A DNA stretch of 64,000 nucleotides from an uncultured Verrucomicrobiota bacterium (GTDB lineage Bacteria; Verrucomicrobiota; Verrucomicrobiia; Limisphaerales; UBA8199): assembly GCA_903873945.1 (NCBI GenBank), contig CAIQQM010000018.1:30719-94718 (forward strand), given 5' to 3'. Positions 8,305 to 18,952 of the stretch are shown piece by piece (position 1 is the first letter of the stretch; the number at the start of each line of letters is the position of its first letter). A model generated the notes under the pieces. It was given only the letters and a program-made list of their open reading frames with translations, was not told the origin of the DNA and made no database searches. The position numbers and the translations under genes were made by a program.

Positions 8305-9303
8305 TTACTTGGAGATGGGGAACTGGGAAATTGCCTTCATGTATTGGGCACGTTCGAAAGCGCTGGGCTCGGCACAATTCTTCTGGCTCAGGCTCCCCTT
8401 CAACTGGCTCACCGATTCGTATTCGTGCTCTTCCATCCAGGCGATGAGGTCCTGCTCGACGACGCTGATCTGCCGCACGCCATGGCGGATGAGCGCGGAA
8501 CAAAGCATTGTGACATCGGCGCCGGCCATGAGCATTTTAAGCGCGTCAGAAGCGCGGTGGATGCCGCTGGTGGCGCATAAGTTTGCGCGTAATTTGCCAT
8601 AAAGGAGCGCAATCCAGCGCAAAGGCACGCGCATTGCCATGGGGGTGCTGAGGAGGATGTTTGGTTTGACTTCGAGGCTTTCGAGGTCGATGTCGGGCTG
8701 GTAAAAGCGGTTGAAGAGTACAAGGCCGTTGGCGCCGGCCTGGTCAAGGCGGCGAGCCATGTTGGCGAAGTTGGTGAAGAAAGGGCTGAGCTTGACCGCA
8801 ACCGGGATGGTGACGACTGACTTGACCGACTTGAGGATGTCGAGATAGGTCTGCTCGACTTGAGCGGAGGTGAGGTTCTCGTCCGTGGGAATATAATAGA
8901 TGTTCAGTTCCAAGGCGTCAGCGCCGGCCTGCTGAATGGCTTTGGCGTACTGAGTCCAACCGCCCGCGGAGGAGCCGTTGAGGCTGGCGATGATGGGAAT
9001 GTGAACGGCCTGTTTGGCTTTGCCGATATGCTTGAGGTATTCCTCCGGGCCAAGTCGAAACGACTCCGGCTCGGGAAAGTAGGTGAGGGCCTCGGCGAAA
9101 CTTTCGGTGCCGTGCTCCAGGTGACGGGCCAGCTCGGCCGTATCTTGGCGAAGCTGCTCTTCGAACAAGGAGTAGAGCACGACGGCGGACGCGCCGGCAT
9201 CCTCCATTTGTTTGATGGAGTCGACTTCTTCAGACAAAGGGGAAGCTGCGGGAACGAGCGGGGTGCGCAGTTTCAATCCGAGATAGGTGGTTGAGAGATC
9301 CAT
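8305..9303 (-). CDS. Dihydroorotate dehydrogenase-like (PyrD-family TIM barrel) protein
   Basis: 332 aa with an N-terminus typical of class 1 DHOD-like proteins ([24 protein letters not shown]...). It lies immediately downstream of PFOR. Confidence 0.75.
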   Translation of the reverse strand: MDLSTTYLGLKLRTPLVPAASPLSEEVDSIKQMEDAGASAVVLYSLFEEQLRQDTAELARHLEHGTESFAEALTYFPEPESFRLGPEEYLKHIGKAKQAVHIPIIASLNGSSAGGWTQYAKAIQQAGADALELNIYYIPTDENLTSAQVEQTYLDILKSVKSVVTIPVAVKLSPFFTNFANMARRLDQAGANGLVLFNRFYQPDIDLESLEVKPNILLSTPMAMRVPLRWIALLYGKLRANLCATSGIHRASDALKMLMAGADVTMLCSALIRHGVRQISVVEQDLIAWMEEHEYESVSQLKGSLSQKNCAEPSAFERAQYMKAISQFPISK

Positions 9304-9398
9304 AAGCCTGTTTTGTGATTAGGGATTGGTGATTGGCGAATGGCCGCCCCCTGCCCTCTCCGCATCGGACGGCAGAGAGGTGGCCAAAACATTTTACG

Positions 9399-12300
9399 TC
9401 AAGGTTGCTGGTCAACAGAGGTTTGCGGTTTTGCGGCTGTTGCAGGAGCGGCACCGGTCTTGAAATCGCGACCGGCCATGTACTGGTAATACTTCCAGCG
9501 CTGATCGGCGTCACACTGGGCCTGGGCGAAGAACTTCTTGGCGTCCTCGGGTTTGCTCTTGGTGAGCATCTTGAAACGGTTTTCAGAGAACAGATAGTCC
9601 TGAACTTTGGATTTGGCGGCAGATGAGTCGAGCTGCAGCGGGTTTTCCCCGCGTTGGACGCGGCGGGGATCGAAGCGATAGAGGAGCCATTGGCCGGACT
9701 CGACGGCGAGTTTTTGCTGACGGGCGCCGACACCGGCATCAATCGCAATGCCGTGGGCAATACAGTGGCTGTAGGCGATAATCAGGGAAGGTCCGGGATA
9801 GGATTCAGCTTCCAGGAAGGCTTTGAGAGTGTGCTCATCCTTGGCGCCCATGGCGACGCTGGCGACATAAATATGGCCGTAAGTCATAGCGATGAGGCCG
9901 AGATCTTTTTTGCCAACCGGTTTACCGCCGGCGGCGAACTTGGCGACCGCGCCGCGCGGGGTGGACTTGGAGCATTGGCCGCCCGTATTGGAGTAAACCT
10001 CGGTATCGAGCACGAGGACGTTGACGTCGCGTCCGCTGGCGAGAACATGGTCGAGGCCGCCGTAGCCAATATCATAAGCCCAGCCGTCGCCGCCGACGAT
10101 CCAGACACTCCTGCGGACAAGGTGATCGACGAGAGTCAAAAGCAACCTTGCTTCATTGGTATTCAGGCCGGCCAGTTTTTGCTTCAAGGCCGCGACGCGC
10201 TCACGCTGGTCGTAAATGCCGGCTTCGTCGCTCTGGTCAGCTTTGAGGATCCCATCAACGAGGTCAACGCCGACGGTACCCGCCAATTTTTGGAGAAGCT
10301 CGCCCGCGAATTCCTTTTGCTTGTCAATGGAGACACGGAAGCCGAGGCCAAATTCGGCGTTATCCTCGAAGAGTGAATTGCACCACGTCGGGCCGCGGCC
10401 CTGAGCATTGGTCGCGTACGGAGTGGTGGGGAGATTGCCGCCGTAAATGGAAGAACAGCCGGTGGCATTACCAATGACCGCACGGTCACCGAAGAGCTGG
10501 GTGAGCAGCTTGAGATAGGGGGTTTCGCCGCAACCGGCGCAAGCGCCCGAGAATTCGAAGAGAGGTCGCATGATCTGCTGCTGGCGGAGCGCGGTGAGCT
10601 TGATTTTGCGACGGTCCATTTCCGGCAAGGCAAGGAAGAAATTCCAGTTGTCGTGTTCCTGCACGCGAAGAGGAGCTTGAGGCCGCATGTTGATTGCCTT
10701 GAGTCTGCTTTCGGTTTTGTTCCGGGCCGGACAAACGTCCACGCAGAGGGCGCAACTGGTGCAATCTTCGGCGGCAATCTGGAGAGTCCATTTCATCCCC
10801 TTCCATTCCGGCGCGCGGGCGTCGGTGGCTTTGAACGTGGCCGGAGCGCCCGCCAATTCCTTCGGCTCATAAACTTTGGCGCGGATAGTTGCGTGCGGGC
10901 AGATGGCCACGCACTTCATGCACTGGATGCAAACGGCCTCATCCCAGACAGGGATGTCAATTGCGAGATTCCGTTTTTCGTATTGGGCGGTTGCAGTGGG
11001 GAATGTGCCATCGCAGGTGAAGGCGCTGACCGGGAGATCATCCCCCAGGCCACCAGCGATTTTACCGAGGACATTACGGACGAAATCGGGAGCGTCGGGA
11101 GAGACCGGAGGCAGATATGGTCCGGCGCCGTTGACTTTGGCTGTCAGGGGCACTTCATGGAGATGGGCCAGGGTATTGTCCACGGCCTTGAGGTTCATCT
11201 GGACGATTTCCTCACCCTTCTTGCCATAAGTCTTGCGGATGGAGTCTTTGATCGCTTCGATGGCCTCGTCCTTGGGGAGAACGCCGGAGAGGGCGAAGAA
11301 GCAGACCTGCATGATGGTATTGATTCGGCCGCCCATGCCGCTGTCGCGGGCGACTTTCGTGGCATCAATGATAAAGAAATGGACCTTCTTCGCGATGAGG
11401 GTTTCCTGGACGGGCGTGGGCAAGTGCCGCCAAATCTCCTCCTTGGGATACGGCGTATTGAGAAGGAAGGTGCCGCCGTTGACGAGAGGTTTGACCATGT
11501 CATAGCGTTCGAGGAAGACGGGTTGATGGCAGGCGACGAAGTTAGCCTGCGAGATGAGATAGGTGGAACGAATCGGCTCGGGTCCAAACCGAAGATGGGA
11601 AACGGTCATCGATCCCGATTTCTTGGAGTCATAAACGAAATAACCCTGAGCGAAGTTTGGGGTACCTTCGCCGATGATCTTGATGGAATTCTTGTTCGCA
11701 CCGACGGTGCCGTCAGCGCCGAGGCCGAAGAACATGGCGCGGATGACGCTGTCGGACTCGGTGGAAAATTCAGGATCGTACGGCAGGCTCGTGTGAGAAA
11801 CATCGTCGTTGATGCCGACGGTGAAATGGTTTTTGGGAGATGGCAGAGCGAGGTTATCAAACACGGCTTTGACCATCGCTGGAGTAAACTCCTTCGAGGA
11901 AAGGCCATAGCGTCCGCCAAGAATCTTCGGCGCGGACTTGAGTTTGCCCCAACCACTGGCCAGACCTTCGAAAACGGCGGAGACAACATCCTGGTAGAGA
12001 GGTTCACCAGTCGCCCCGGGTTCCTTGGTGCGGTCAAGGACGGCGATAGACTTGACGGTGGCGGGCAGGGCTTCAACGAAGCGCTTGCCGTCGAACGGGC
12101 GGTAGAGGCGGACTTTGATGATACCGAGCTTTTCCCCCTTCTGAAGGAGGTAATCGACAGTTTCGTGAGCCGGATCGCAGCCAGACCCCATGAGCACCAC
12201 AACGCGTTCGGCATCGGGCGCGCCGACGTAATCGAAAAGCCTGTATTTTCGGCCAACGCGAGCGCCGAATTCATCCATGACCTTCTGGGTGATATCGGCG

Positions 12301-13097
12301 CAAGCGGCGTAGAACGGATTAACGGTTTCGCGAGCCTGGAAGAAGACATCGGGGTTCTGGGCGGTGCCGCGCAAGACGGGGTGGTCGGGACTCATGGCGC
12401 GGGCGCGGTGAGCGGCGATAAGCCGGTCGTCAATGAGCGCGCGCATATCGTCGTCTTTGAGAACGGAAATCTTGGAGACTTCATGCGAGGTGCGGAAGCC
12501 ATCGAAGAAGTGGATAAAAGGGATGCGGGAGCGGATCGAAGCAGCCTGGGCGATGAGGGCAAAATCCATCGTTTCCTGGACGGAAGCAGCGCCAAGCATA
12601 CCCCAACCCGTGGAGCGGCAGGCCATGATGTCGCCATGGTCGCCAAAGATCGAGAGGGCATGGGCGGCGACGGTGCGGGCGGTAACATGAAAAACGGCCG
12701 GAAGCAGTTCCCCGGCGATCTTGAACATGTTGGGGATCATGAGCAAGAGACCCTGGGAAGCGGTGAAAGTCGTGCTAAGGGTGCCGGTTTGGAGAGCCCC
12801 GTGGACAGCGCCGACGGCACCGCCCTCGCTTTGCATTTCGACAATGGCGGGGATGGTATTCCAGAGGTTCAGCTTGCCCTCGGAGGCCCATTGGTCGCAC
12901 CACTCGGCAATGGGAGAAGACGGGGTGATGGGATAGATGGCCATGACCTCATTGAGCCGGTAGGCCACATAGGCGGCGGCTTCGTTGCCGTCCAGAGTTT
13001 TGAAGGAAGATTTGGATTTGGCGGCTTTGCCCGCGGAATGACCGGCGGACGGGTGAGCGTCCTTGCCAGCAACTAAGGAGGATTTAGTCGGCGTCAT
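9399..13097 (-). CDS. nifJ: Pyruvate:ferredoxin (flavodoxin) oxidoreductase
   Basis: 1232 aa single-chain PFOR. It has the internal 2x[4Fe-4S] domain (CIQCMKCVAICPHA, CTSCALCVDVCP) and the TPP-binding region GDGWAYDIGYGGLDH. Confidence 0.95.
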   Translation of the reverse strand: MTPTKSSLVAGKDAHPSAGHSAGKAAKSKSSFKTLDGNEAAAYVAYRLNEVMAIYPITPSSPIAEWCDQWASEGKLNLWNTIPAIVEMQSEGGAVGAVHGALQTGTLSTTFTASQGLLLMIPNMFKIAGELLPAVFHVTARTVAAHALSIFGDHGDIMACRSTGWGMLGAASVQETMDFALIAQAASIRSRIPFIHFFDGFRTSHEVSKISVLKDDDMRALIDDRLIAAHRARAMSPDHPVLRGTAQNPDVFFQARETVNPFYAACADITQKVMDEFGARVGRKYRLFDYVGAPDAERVVVLMGSGCDPAHETVDYLLQKGEKLGIIKVRLYRPFDGKRFVEALPATVKSIAVLDRTKEPGATGEPLYQDVVSAVFEGLASGWGKLKSAPKILGGRYGLSSKEFTPAMVKAVFDNLALPSPKNHFTVGINDDVSHTSLPYDPEFSTESDSVIRAMFFGLGADGTVGANKNSIKIIGEGTPNFAQGYFVYDSKKSGSMTVSHLRFGPEPIRSTYLISQANFVACHQPVFLERYDMVKPLVNGGTFLLNTPYPKEEIWRHLPTPVQETLIAKKVHFFIIDATKVARDSGMGGRINTIMQVCFFALSGVLPKDEAIEAIKDSIRKTYGKKGEEIVQMNLKAVDNTLAHLHEVPLTAKVNGAGPYLPPVSPDAPDFVRNVLGKIAGGLGDDLPVSAFTCDGTFPTATAQYEKRNLAIDIPVWDEAVCIQCMKCVAICPHATIRAKVYEPKELAGAPATFKATDARAPEWKGMKWTLQIAAEDCTSCALCVDVCPARNKTESRLKAINMRPQAPLRVQEHDNWNFFLALPEMDRRKIKLTALRQQQIMRPLFEFSGACAGCGETPYLKLLTQLFGDRAVIGNATGCSSIYGGNLPTTPYATNAQGRGPTWCNSLFEDNAEFGLGFRVSIDKQKEFAGELLQKLAGTVGVDLVDGILKADQSDEAGIYDQRERVAALKQKLAGLNTNEARLLLTLVDHLVRRSVWIVGGDGWAYDIGYGGLDHVLASGRDVNVLVLDTEVYSNTGGQCSKSTPRGAVAKFAAGGKPVGKKDLGLIAMTYGHIYVASVAMGAKDEHTLKAFLEAESYPGPSLIIAYSHCIAHGIAIDAGVGARQQKLAVESGQWLLYRFDPRRVQRGENPLQLDSSAAKSKVQDYLFSENRFKMLTKSKPEDAKKFFAQAQCDADQRWKYYQYMAGRDFKTGAAPATAAKPQTSVDQQP

Positions 13098-13149
13098 AAT
13101 TCTTGCTTAAAGTATTTTAAAAATACGGACATGCCCTTTGCGGGGCCGA

Positions 13150-15960
13150 TTACAGTTTCATTTGGATCAGGCACTCGGATTCACCGGCCGCCTGACGGAC
13201 CGAGAAACCAAGTTTGGCGCACATGTGCTGCATGTCGCGGTTTTCGCGGAGGGTGTACGCAACGAGGCTGCCCAATTTTTCGTTCCGCGCAATCTCGACC
13301 AGGCGTTTGGTGAGCTCGGTACCGAGGCCCTTGTTCTGCCATTTGTCGATGACAACCACGGCAAACTCGCCGGCGTTGGCGGTGTGAAGCTTGCTCAGCC
13401 GGGCGACACCGATGATTTCAGAATCGCCGTTGGAGCCCTTTTTCTCAGCGACGAGCGCAATTTCGCAGTCGTAATCGTTGAAGCAAATTCGCGTAAGGCG
13501 ACTGTGAGCGACGCGCTGCTGCAATTTGAGCGGGCTGAAGTAACGCAGATAAACGCTGCGCTCGGACAAGCCCTCGTGGAAGCGAACCATAAGCGGCTCA
13601 TCCTCGGGACGGATTGGGCGGATGGTGACTTTGGTATTATCCTTCATCTTCCAGGCACCGATATAGCGGGTCGGGTAGGGCCGAATCGCGAGCTTGGGCA
13701 ACTGTTCTTCGGTAGTCTTCGGGTCGTGCAGGATGACACGGGCATCGAGAGCGACAAGGTCGTCCCCGGAAGCGAAGAGCGGGTTGATATCGATTTCCTT
13801 GATCCAGCGCTGTTCGGCAACGAGCTGGCTGAAGCCGACCATAAGCTTCTCAAGAGCGACAAGATCAACCGGTTTCCGGCCGCGAACACCTTTAAGAGCC
13901 TTGTAAATCTTGGTGTTCTCCATCATGAGGCGGGCGAGGGTGGTATTAAGCGGCGGCAGGGCCAGGGCCTTGTCCTTAAAGACCTCGACGAGCTGGCCGC
14001 CCATGCCAAAGAGGAGCACGGGGCCAAACTGCGGGTCTATGCTGCTGCCAAGGATAAGCTCGTAGCCGTCGCCGAGTTTGATCATCTTCTGGACGGTGAC
14101 GCCCTGGAAATGTTCGGCGCCCTTCTTCTCCGTCACAGAAGTCTTGATGTCGTTGAAAGCCTTCCGGACTTCGGCCTCGTCCTTGAGGTTGAGCTGAACG
14201 CCGCCGACGTCGGTTTTGTGGGTAATGGTTTCGGAGTAAAGCTTGAGGACTGACGGGAACCCAATTTCTTTGGCGAGTTTGGCGGCCTGATTTTCGGTTT
14301 TGGCTATCTTCGTGATTACGGTCGAAATTCCGTAACAGCTGAGCAGGTCTTTCGACTCGGCTTCGGTCAAAATCGTGCGGCCGATCTTTTTGATGGATTC
14401 GACAAGGGCGGCGGCTTTGGCGCGGCCTGATTCAAGGTCGGACGGAGTCGCCGAAGGAACCGGCGTTTCGTAGAGCGCACGCAGGTTTTCGGAGTACTGG
14501 TACATAGAGGTGAAGACCATGGCGGCGGTATCCGGGTAGGCAAAAGTGGGGATATTCGCGCGGTTAAGAACGGCCTCGCCGGCGGCGATTTCCGCGCCGC
14601 CCATCCAGCTTGCCAGGACGGGTTTGCCCTCGATATGGCCGAAAGCCTTGAGCTTTTCGGCGGTGCCGGTGGCATCGCTCATGGCTTGCGGGGTGAGAAT
14701 CACGAGCAAACCGTCGCTATTCTTGTCCCGGCCGGCAATCTCAAGCGCTTTGGCATAGAGTTCGGGGCTGGCGTCGCCGATCACGTCGATCGGGTTGTTG
14801 TGGCTCCAAACAGGGGGCAGGAACTTGTTGAGCTCGTCCATGGTCTCTTTGGAGACTTCGGACAGAGCCCCGCCCGAGGTCAGGAGGGCGTCGGTGGCGA
14901 GCACGCCCGGGCCACCGGCGTTGGTGATGATCGTCAGGCGATTGCCCTGGGGCCGGGGTTGCTTGGAGAGAACCTCGGACATATAGAACAGGTCGGAGAT
15001 CTTGTTCACGCGAAGCACGCCGCAACGTTTGAATGCGGCTTCAAGGACATCGTCGGAACCCGTCAGTGAGCCAGTATGGGACGCGGCGGCCTTGGCAGCG
15101 CCCTCGGTGCGGCCGGGTTTGATGACAATGATGGGTTTGGTGAGCGCAACCTCGCGGGCGGCGGAAAGGAACGAGCGCGCATCGCCGATGGTTTCCATGT
15201 AAATGACGATGCTTTTGGTGTTGGGATCATCGCCAAGGTAACTGATGAGATCGCCCCAACCCACGTCGAGCATGGAACCAATCGAGACGAAAGCGCTGAA
15301 CCCGACCATTTCGCGCAAGGACCAGTCGAGGACGGCGGTGCACAGCGCGCCGGATTGGCTGATGAAAGCGACGTTGCCGCGGCGGGCAATTCCGGCAGCG
15401 AAAGTCGCGTTGAGCCCGCTGACGGGGTTCATGATACCAAGGCAATTGGGGCCGATGACGCGCATGTTGCCCCGCCGCGCATGAGCCAGAATCTGGCGTT
15501 CGAGTTCCGCGCCAGCCGGGCCGGTTTCCTTGAAACCGGCGGAAATGACGACCGCGCCCGGAATGTCAAGGTCAGCCGCCTCGCCGATGATGCCGGGGAT
15601 AATGCTGGCGGGGGTGGTCACGACGATAAGGTCGGGTTTTTCGGGAAGCGCTGAAAGTTTGGGATAGGCTTTAATGCCCAGAACGCTCGGCCGAGTGGGG
15701 TTGACAGGGTAGATGGGACCGCCAAACGGGGTGGTCATTAGGTTCCACAGAACGGTGCGCCCGACACTCCCGGGCTTTTCGGTAGCGCCCACCAAAGCAA
15801 CAGATTTTGGCGTAAAAATGGAATCCAATGGATTATGTGCCAGGGGACGGTTATGAAGACTGAAGGGTTTGACGAGTGATGGAACCGAAGCGGCGGCGTC
15901 ACGTTGGGCGGCTGAAGCCGCGTCTGAAGGTTGTTTTTTGTTGGCAATGGTCGGCTGCAT
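13150..15960 (-). CDS. ADP-forming acetyl-CoA synthetase-like protein fused to a C-terminal GNAT acetyltransferase (Pat/PatZ-type architecture)
   Basis: 936 aa. The order is an N-terminal CoA-binding domain ([17 protein letters not shown]), succinyl-CoA-ligase-like and ATP-grasp regions, then a C-terminal GNAT with the QNKGLG motif. Confidence 0.85.
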   Translation of the reverse strand: MQPTIANKKQPSDAASAAQRDAAASVPSLVKPFSLHNRPLAHNPLDSIFTPKSVALVGATEKPGSVGRTVLWNLMTTPFGGPIYPVNPTRPSVLGIKAYPKLSALPEKPDLIVVTTPASIIPGIIGEAADLDIPGAVVISAGFKETGPAGAELERQILAHARRGNMRVIGPNCLGIMNPVSGLNATFAAGIARRGNVAFISQSGALCTAVLDWSLREMVGFSAFVSIGSMLDVGWGDLISYLGDDPNTKSIVIYMETIGDARSFLSAAREVALTKPIIVIKPGRTEGAAKAAASHTGSLTGSDDVLEAAFKRCGVLRVNKISDLFYMSEVLSKQPRPQGNRLTIITNAGGPGVLATDALLTSGGALSEVSKETMDELNKFLPPVWSHNNPIDVIGDASPELYAKALEIAGRDKNSDGLLVILTPQAMSDATGTAEKLKAFGHIEGKPVLASWMGGAEIAAGEAVLNRANIPTFAYPDTAAMVFTSMYQYSENLRALYETPVPSATPSDLESGRAKAAALVESIKKIGRTILTEAESKDLLSCYGISTVITKIAKTENQAAKLAKEIGFPSVLKLYSETITHKTDVGGVQLNLKDEAEVRKAFNDIKTSVTEKKGAEHFQGVTVQKMIKLGDGYELILGSSIDPQFGPVLLFGMGGQLVEVFKDKALALPPLNTTLARLMMENTKIYKALKGVRGRKPVDLVALEKLMVGFSQLVAEQRWIKEIDINPLFASGDDLVALDARVILHDPKTTEEQLPKLAIRPYPTRYIGAWKMKDNTKVTIRPIRPEDEPLMVRFHEGLSERSVYLRYFSPLKLQQRVAHSRLTRICFNDYDCEIALVAEKKGSNGDSEIIGVARLSKLHTANAGEFAVVVIDKWQNKGLGTELTKRLVEIARNEKLGSLVAYTLRENRDMQHMCAKLGFSVRQAAGESECLIQMKL

Positions 15961-16288
15961 AATTTGTAAAGTCAGTTAAGGTTTAAGCTGAATTCAGGCG
16001 CCAGAGTTCAATATTCCGCGCGCTCCAAAGCGAACCGGATCGGACCGGCTCGCATGGAGACATAGAATTTGGCGGCTGGGAGTCTGGCAGACTTCACCGG
16101 CTTTGGCAAATGCTCACCATCTTTTGCGAGCGCCGAAGCCAGGGAAGGAAAGGAACGTTAAACCGGAGAATGAGTTAAACCAATTTGGCCCGTTTTGCGG
16201 CAGATTCGGCGCTTCATGCGCAGCCAGTGCCTGACCCTGAAATTTGCTTCATCGCCGCAGCAAGCTTGTGATGCTTGCGCCCCATGGA

Positions 16289-17044
16289 TATCGTCAGCAC
16301 CCGAAACGCCCGGCCATCCATCAACCGGTCACTCATAAAGTCCATCGACCAACGTTGGTTTGGCCGTTCAGCCCCCTGAAGTGGCACGCGAATCCGCGCC
16401 ACCCGCTTCCGCCTCGTTTTCATGCGCACCAGCAGGTTTTCCTGCCGATACAACCGATAGATCCGCCGTTTGCCAACCTGCCAACCCTCGCGCCGCAATA
16501 AAATCGTCAACCGCCGATAGCCATAGCGCACACGGACTGCGGCCAGCTCTTTTAAGCGCATTCGCCGTGCGCTCTGATCCTGCGCCTGACTCTGATAACT
16601 GAAGGTCGACCGTCCTAATAAGACCAGCCTGCACGCCCAGCGTTGGCTCACGGCAAAGGCTTGAACCGGCCACCGTGCCAACTCCCGCCAACGGGCAGGC
16701 TTTAGACTTTTTTGCCAGCACCTCCTGCAGGATGTGTTTGTCCAAAGACAAATCAGCCACCAGCTTCTTTAAACGCTGGTTTTCGTCTTCCAGTTGCTTC
16801 AACCGCCCCAGTTCACTGACGCCCATCCCCCATACTTCTTCTTCCACTGATAAAAAGTTGCTTCGCTTACCCCAAGCTGCCGACAGACTTCGTTGGCCTT
16901 GGCTCCGGTTTCCACACGCTTCAACGCGTAGATAACCTGTTCGTTGCTATTCCGCTTCCCTTTCATTGCCTGATCCGTTCTCCAGGACCAGCCAATCCGA
17001 TTTTCCTCCAACCCGCAATGGCTCAGTTCTCCGACAGCAGGTCA
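16289..17044 (-). mobile_element. Truncated IS3-family (IS407-group) insertion sequence: left IR, frameshifted orfA, 5' part of orfB
   Basis: The left end reads TGACCTGCTGTCGGAGAACTGAGCC on the minus strand, starting at 17044. orfA reads MKGKRNSNEQVIYALKRVETGAKANEVCRQLGVSEATFYQWKKKYGG, then a 1-nt frame break in a G run, then MGVSELGRLKQLEDENQRLKKLVADLSLDK. The A AAA AAG slippery site is present. orfB reads ...RVRYGYRRLTILLRREGWQVGKRRIYRLYRQENL...PNQRWSMDFMSDRLMDGRAFRVLTI, and similarity stops at about 16289. The DDE core is missing. Confidence 0.8.
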
Positions 17045-17178
17045 ACATGCGCTGGCTTTTTCCAATGTCCCAAAACTAGATAAACATGTCCCGCCAGCGT
17101 ATAGCTGAAAACCGGCGAGGAGCTACAATCTTCTATGTATCTTATGAGAAGGGCGGTTAGATCTGAACAAAATCATTT

Positions 17179-17748
17179 ATGAAAAAGCATAACATTAAAA
17201 ACATGGCGTTGGTAATTGCGGTTGCTTCGGCCGGGCTGTTGATGGCCCCCACTGTGAAAGCGACTTTGAGCATTGGTTGCGCGTCTGGAACCTATTTCAG
17301 CGGTTCCGTGAATGACAATAACTTTGCCAACAATGTGGCTGCGGCTTGCGGCGGCTCATCGCAGGTCGGCTCATGTGTTTTTCAGGATAACAACGGTAGT
17401 CGCGGTGGCCTCTTGGCAAATTCCTATACGTGTTCAGGTTTGAACACCATCAATTATCAAGGCGGAGATTACGCCCAGGCCAGTTGCTTCATCGTCCAGT
17501 GCCAATATGGCTATTACGTTTGTAACCTTGGCGGTCAGTGCGTGAATCAAAATGTTAATTGCGACTACAGCCACTGCTATGGCGGCAACCCGGCGGAATG
17601 TTTCTTTTACGGCAACTGCAAGCATCCAACCAGTTCGGTTCCTGAGCCGGCCACGGTTGTTGCCGGTTTGTGCCTGCTGGCACCGCTGGGCATTCAGTTG
17701 ATCCGCCAATTTCGACGCCGCCCGGCCAGCGAAACGGCGGCGGTTTAG
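17179..17748 (+). CDS. Cys-rich secreted protein with PEP-CTERM sorting signal
   Basis: 189 aa with a signal peptide and many Cys residues in the mature part. The C-terminus is VPEPATVVAGLCLLAPLGIQLIRQFRRR (PEP motif, TM helix, basic tail). Confidence 0.8.
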   Translation: MKKHNIKNMALVIAVASAGLLMAPTVKATLSIGCASGTYFSGSVNDNNFANNVAAACGGSSQVGSCVFQDNNGSRGGLLANSYTCSGLNTINYQGGDYAQASCFIVQCQYGYYVCNLGGQCVNQNVNCDYSHCYGGNPAECFFYGNCKHPTSSVPEPATVVAGLCLLAPLGIQLIRQFRRRPASETAAV

Positions 17749-17914
17749 AAAGTAAAAACAAGATCTTTATCAGGTTTCAAATGCGAATAGAGATGTCCCA
17801 AAGAGGGATAGAGAAAAACAGCCTCTCATGGCGTAAAAAAACAATTGAAACAATAACAGCAAAAATTAAAAGCGGCGCACCAACAAAACCAAATCAAAAA
17901 CCGGAACACATAAT

Positions 17915-18613
17915 ATGAAAATACTAAACAAAACAACCATGCTGATCGTTGCCTTGGGCATGGCGACCGCAATTCAAACCGCCCAAGCGAGTCTCTCGAC
18001 CACCACCGACACTTTGGCGGATTTGGCAGCCAACGGCGGCTCATTAACCATCGGCGACAAAACCTTCAGTGGTTTCAGCTATAACAGTAGTGGTTTGACG
18101 TCTTTCAATGCCGCCGCAATTATGGTCACCGCCAGCATTGTCAACGGGGTTTATGCCCTGACTTGGGGCGGCAATATCTCGCTATCATCGGGAGGCGCGG
18201 CAACGGCAGACTTGCTGCTCAATTATGTTGTGACAGCGAATGCCGGACTGATCACCACGATCGGCCAGAGTTACACTGGCACTGCCATAGGCGGAACGCT
18301 GGCGGTTACTGAAACCGTGGCCGCGGGCGGCGTTGGCGGACCAGTGATTGCCACCAGCCAATTGGACATCACTTCGTCCAATTCCACGGGGCCGCAGCTG
18401 ACTGTAAATCCGGGCCGATCCACCTTGTATGTCACCAAAGACATTGTCTTTGGCACGACTGAAAATGGCGGCTTGGTTTCCATCTCCCAGGTGACGCAAA
18501 CCTTCACGCAAACGGCGGTGCCCGAACCCTCGACCGTGGTGGCTGGCGCGTTGTTGCTGCTCCCGTTCGGCGTCAGCACTCTGCGCATCCTGCGCAAGAG
18601 CAAGCTGTCATAA
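17915..18613 (+). CDS. Secreted protein with PEP-CTERM sorting signal
   Basis: 232 aa with a signal peptide. The C-terminus is VPEPSTVVAGALLLLPFGVSTLRILRKSK. Confidence 0.85.
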   Translation: MKILNKTTMLIVALGMATAIQTAQASLSTTTDTLADLAANGGSLTIGDKTFSGFSYNSSGLTSFNAAAIMVTASIVNGVYALTWGGNISLSSGGAATADLLLNYVVTANAGLITTIGQSYTGTAIGGTLAVTETVAAGGVGGPVIATSQLDITSSNSTGPQLTVNPGRSTLYVTKDIVFGTTENGGLVSISQVTQTFTQTAVPEPSTVVAGALLLLPFGVSTLRILRKSKLS

Positions 18614-18646
18614 ATCCGCCCGGCCAAGATCAGGTTTAATTGTTGG

Positions 18647-18678
18647 AAACAGGCCCTTCGTTGAAGGGCCTGTTTTTT
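18647..18678 (+). terminator. Rho-independent terminator
   Basis: Hairpin aaacaggccctt/cgttg/aagggcctgttt followed by a T run, 34 nt after the stop of 17915..18613. Confidence 0.7.
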
Positions 18679-18952
18679 ATTTAATGCGGGGGGAATTTAC
18701 CAACCAGAACGGCATCGCCCACGCCGGCAATCTAAAACCCTGCAATCGTGGAAATCCCGGCCCAGCCCGCCATCGCAATCGGAATAATGAAATGGCGGGC
18801 GGGGAAAGTTGTTGGTATCCAATTTGCTTGGTTCACTTTTGCCGACAACCTATAATTTTGGAGGTAAAATCATTTATCAAGTTCGCGATTGAACAGTTAT
18901 ATTACAAAAAGAGATGGGATTATGCACTTCACAAACCTTGTCTTCATTTTAT

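Noticed and set aside
10653-13076. 807-aa plus-strand ORF, plus many 60-250-aa ORFs on both strands between 9.2 and 13.1 kb
   Set aside because: They are antisense or off-frame to the unmistakable 1232-aa PFOR gene. The sequences are low-complexity and Gly/Asp/Arg/Ala-rich with no motifs. Such long shadow ORFs are expected in GC-rich DNA.
13138-14253. 371-aa plus-strand ORF and others antisense to the ACD-GNAT gene
   Set aside because: They overlap a well-supported 936-aa gene on the opposite strand and have no recognisable domains.
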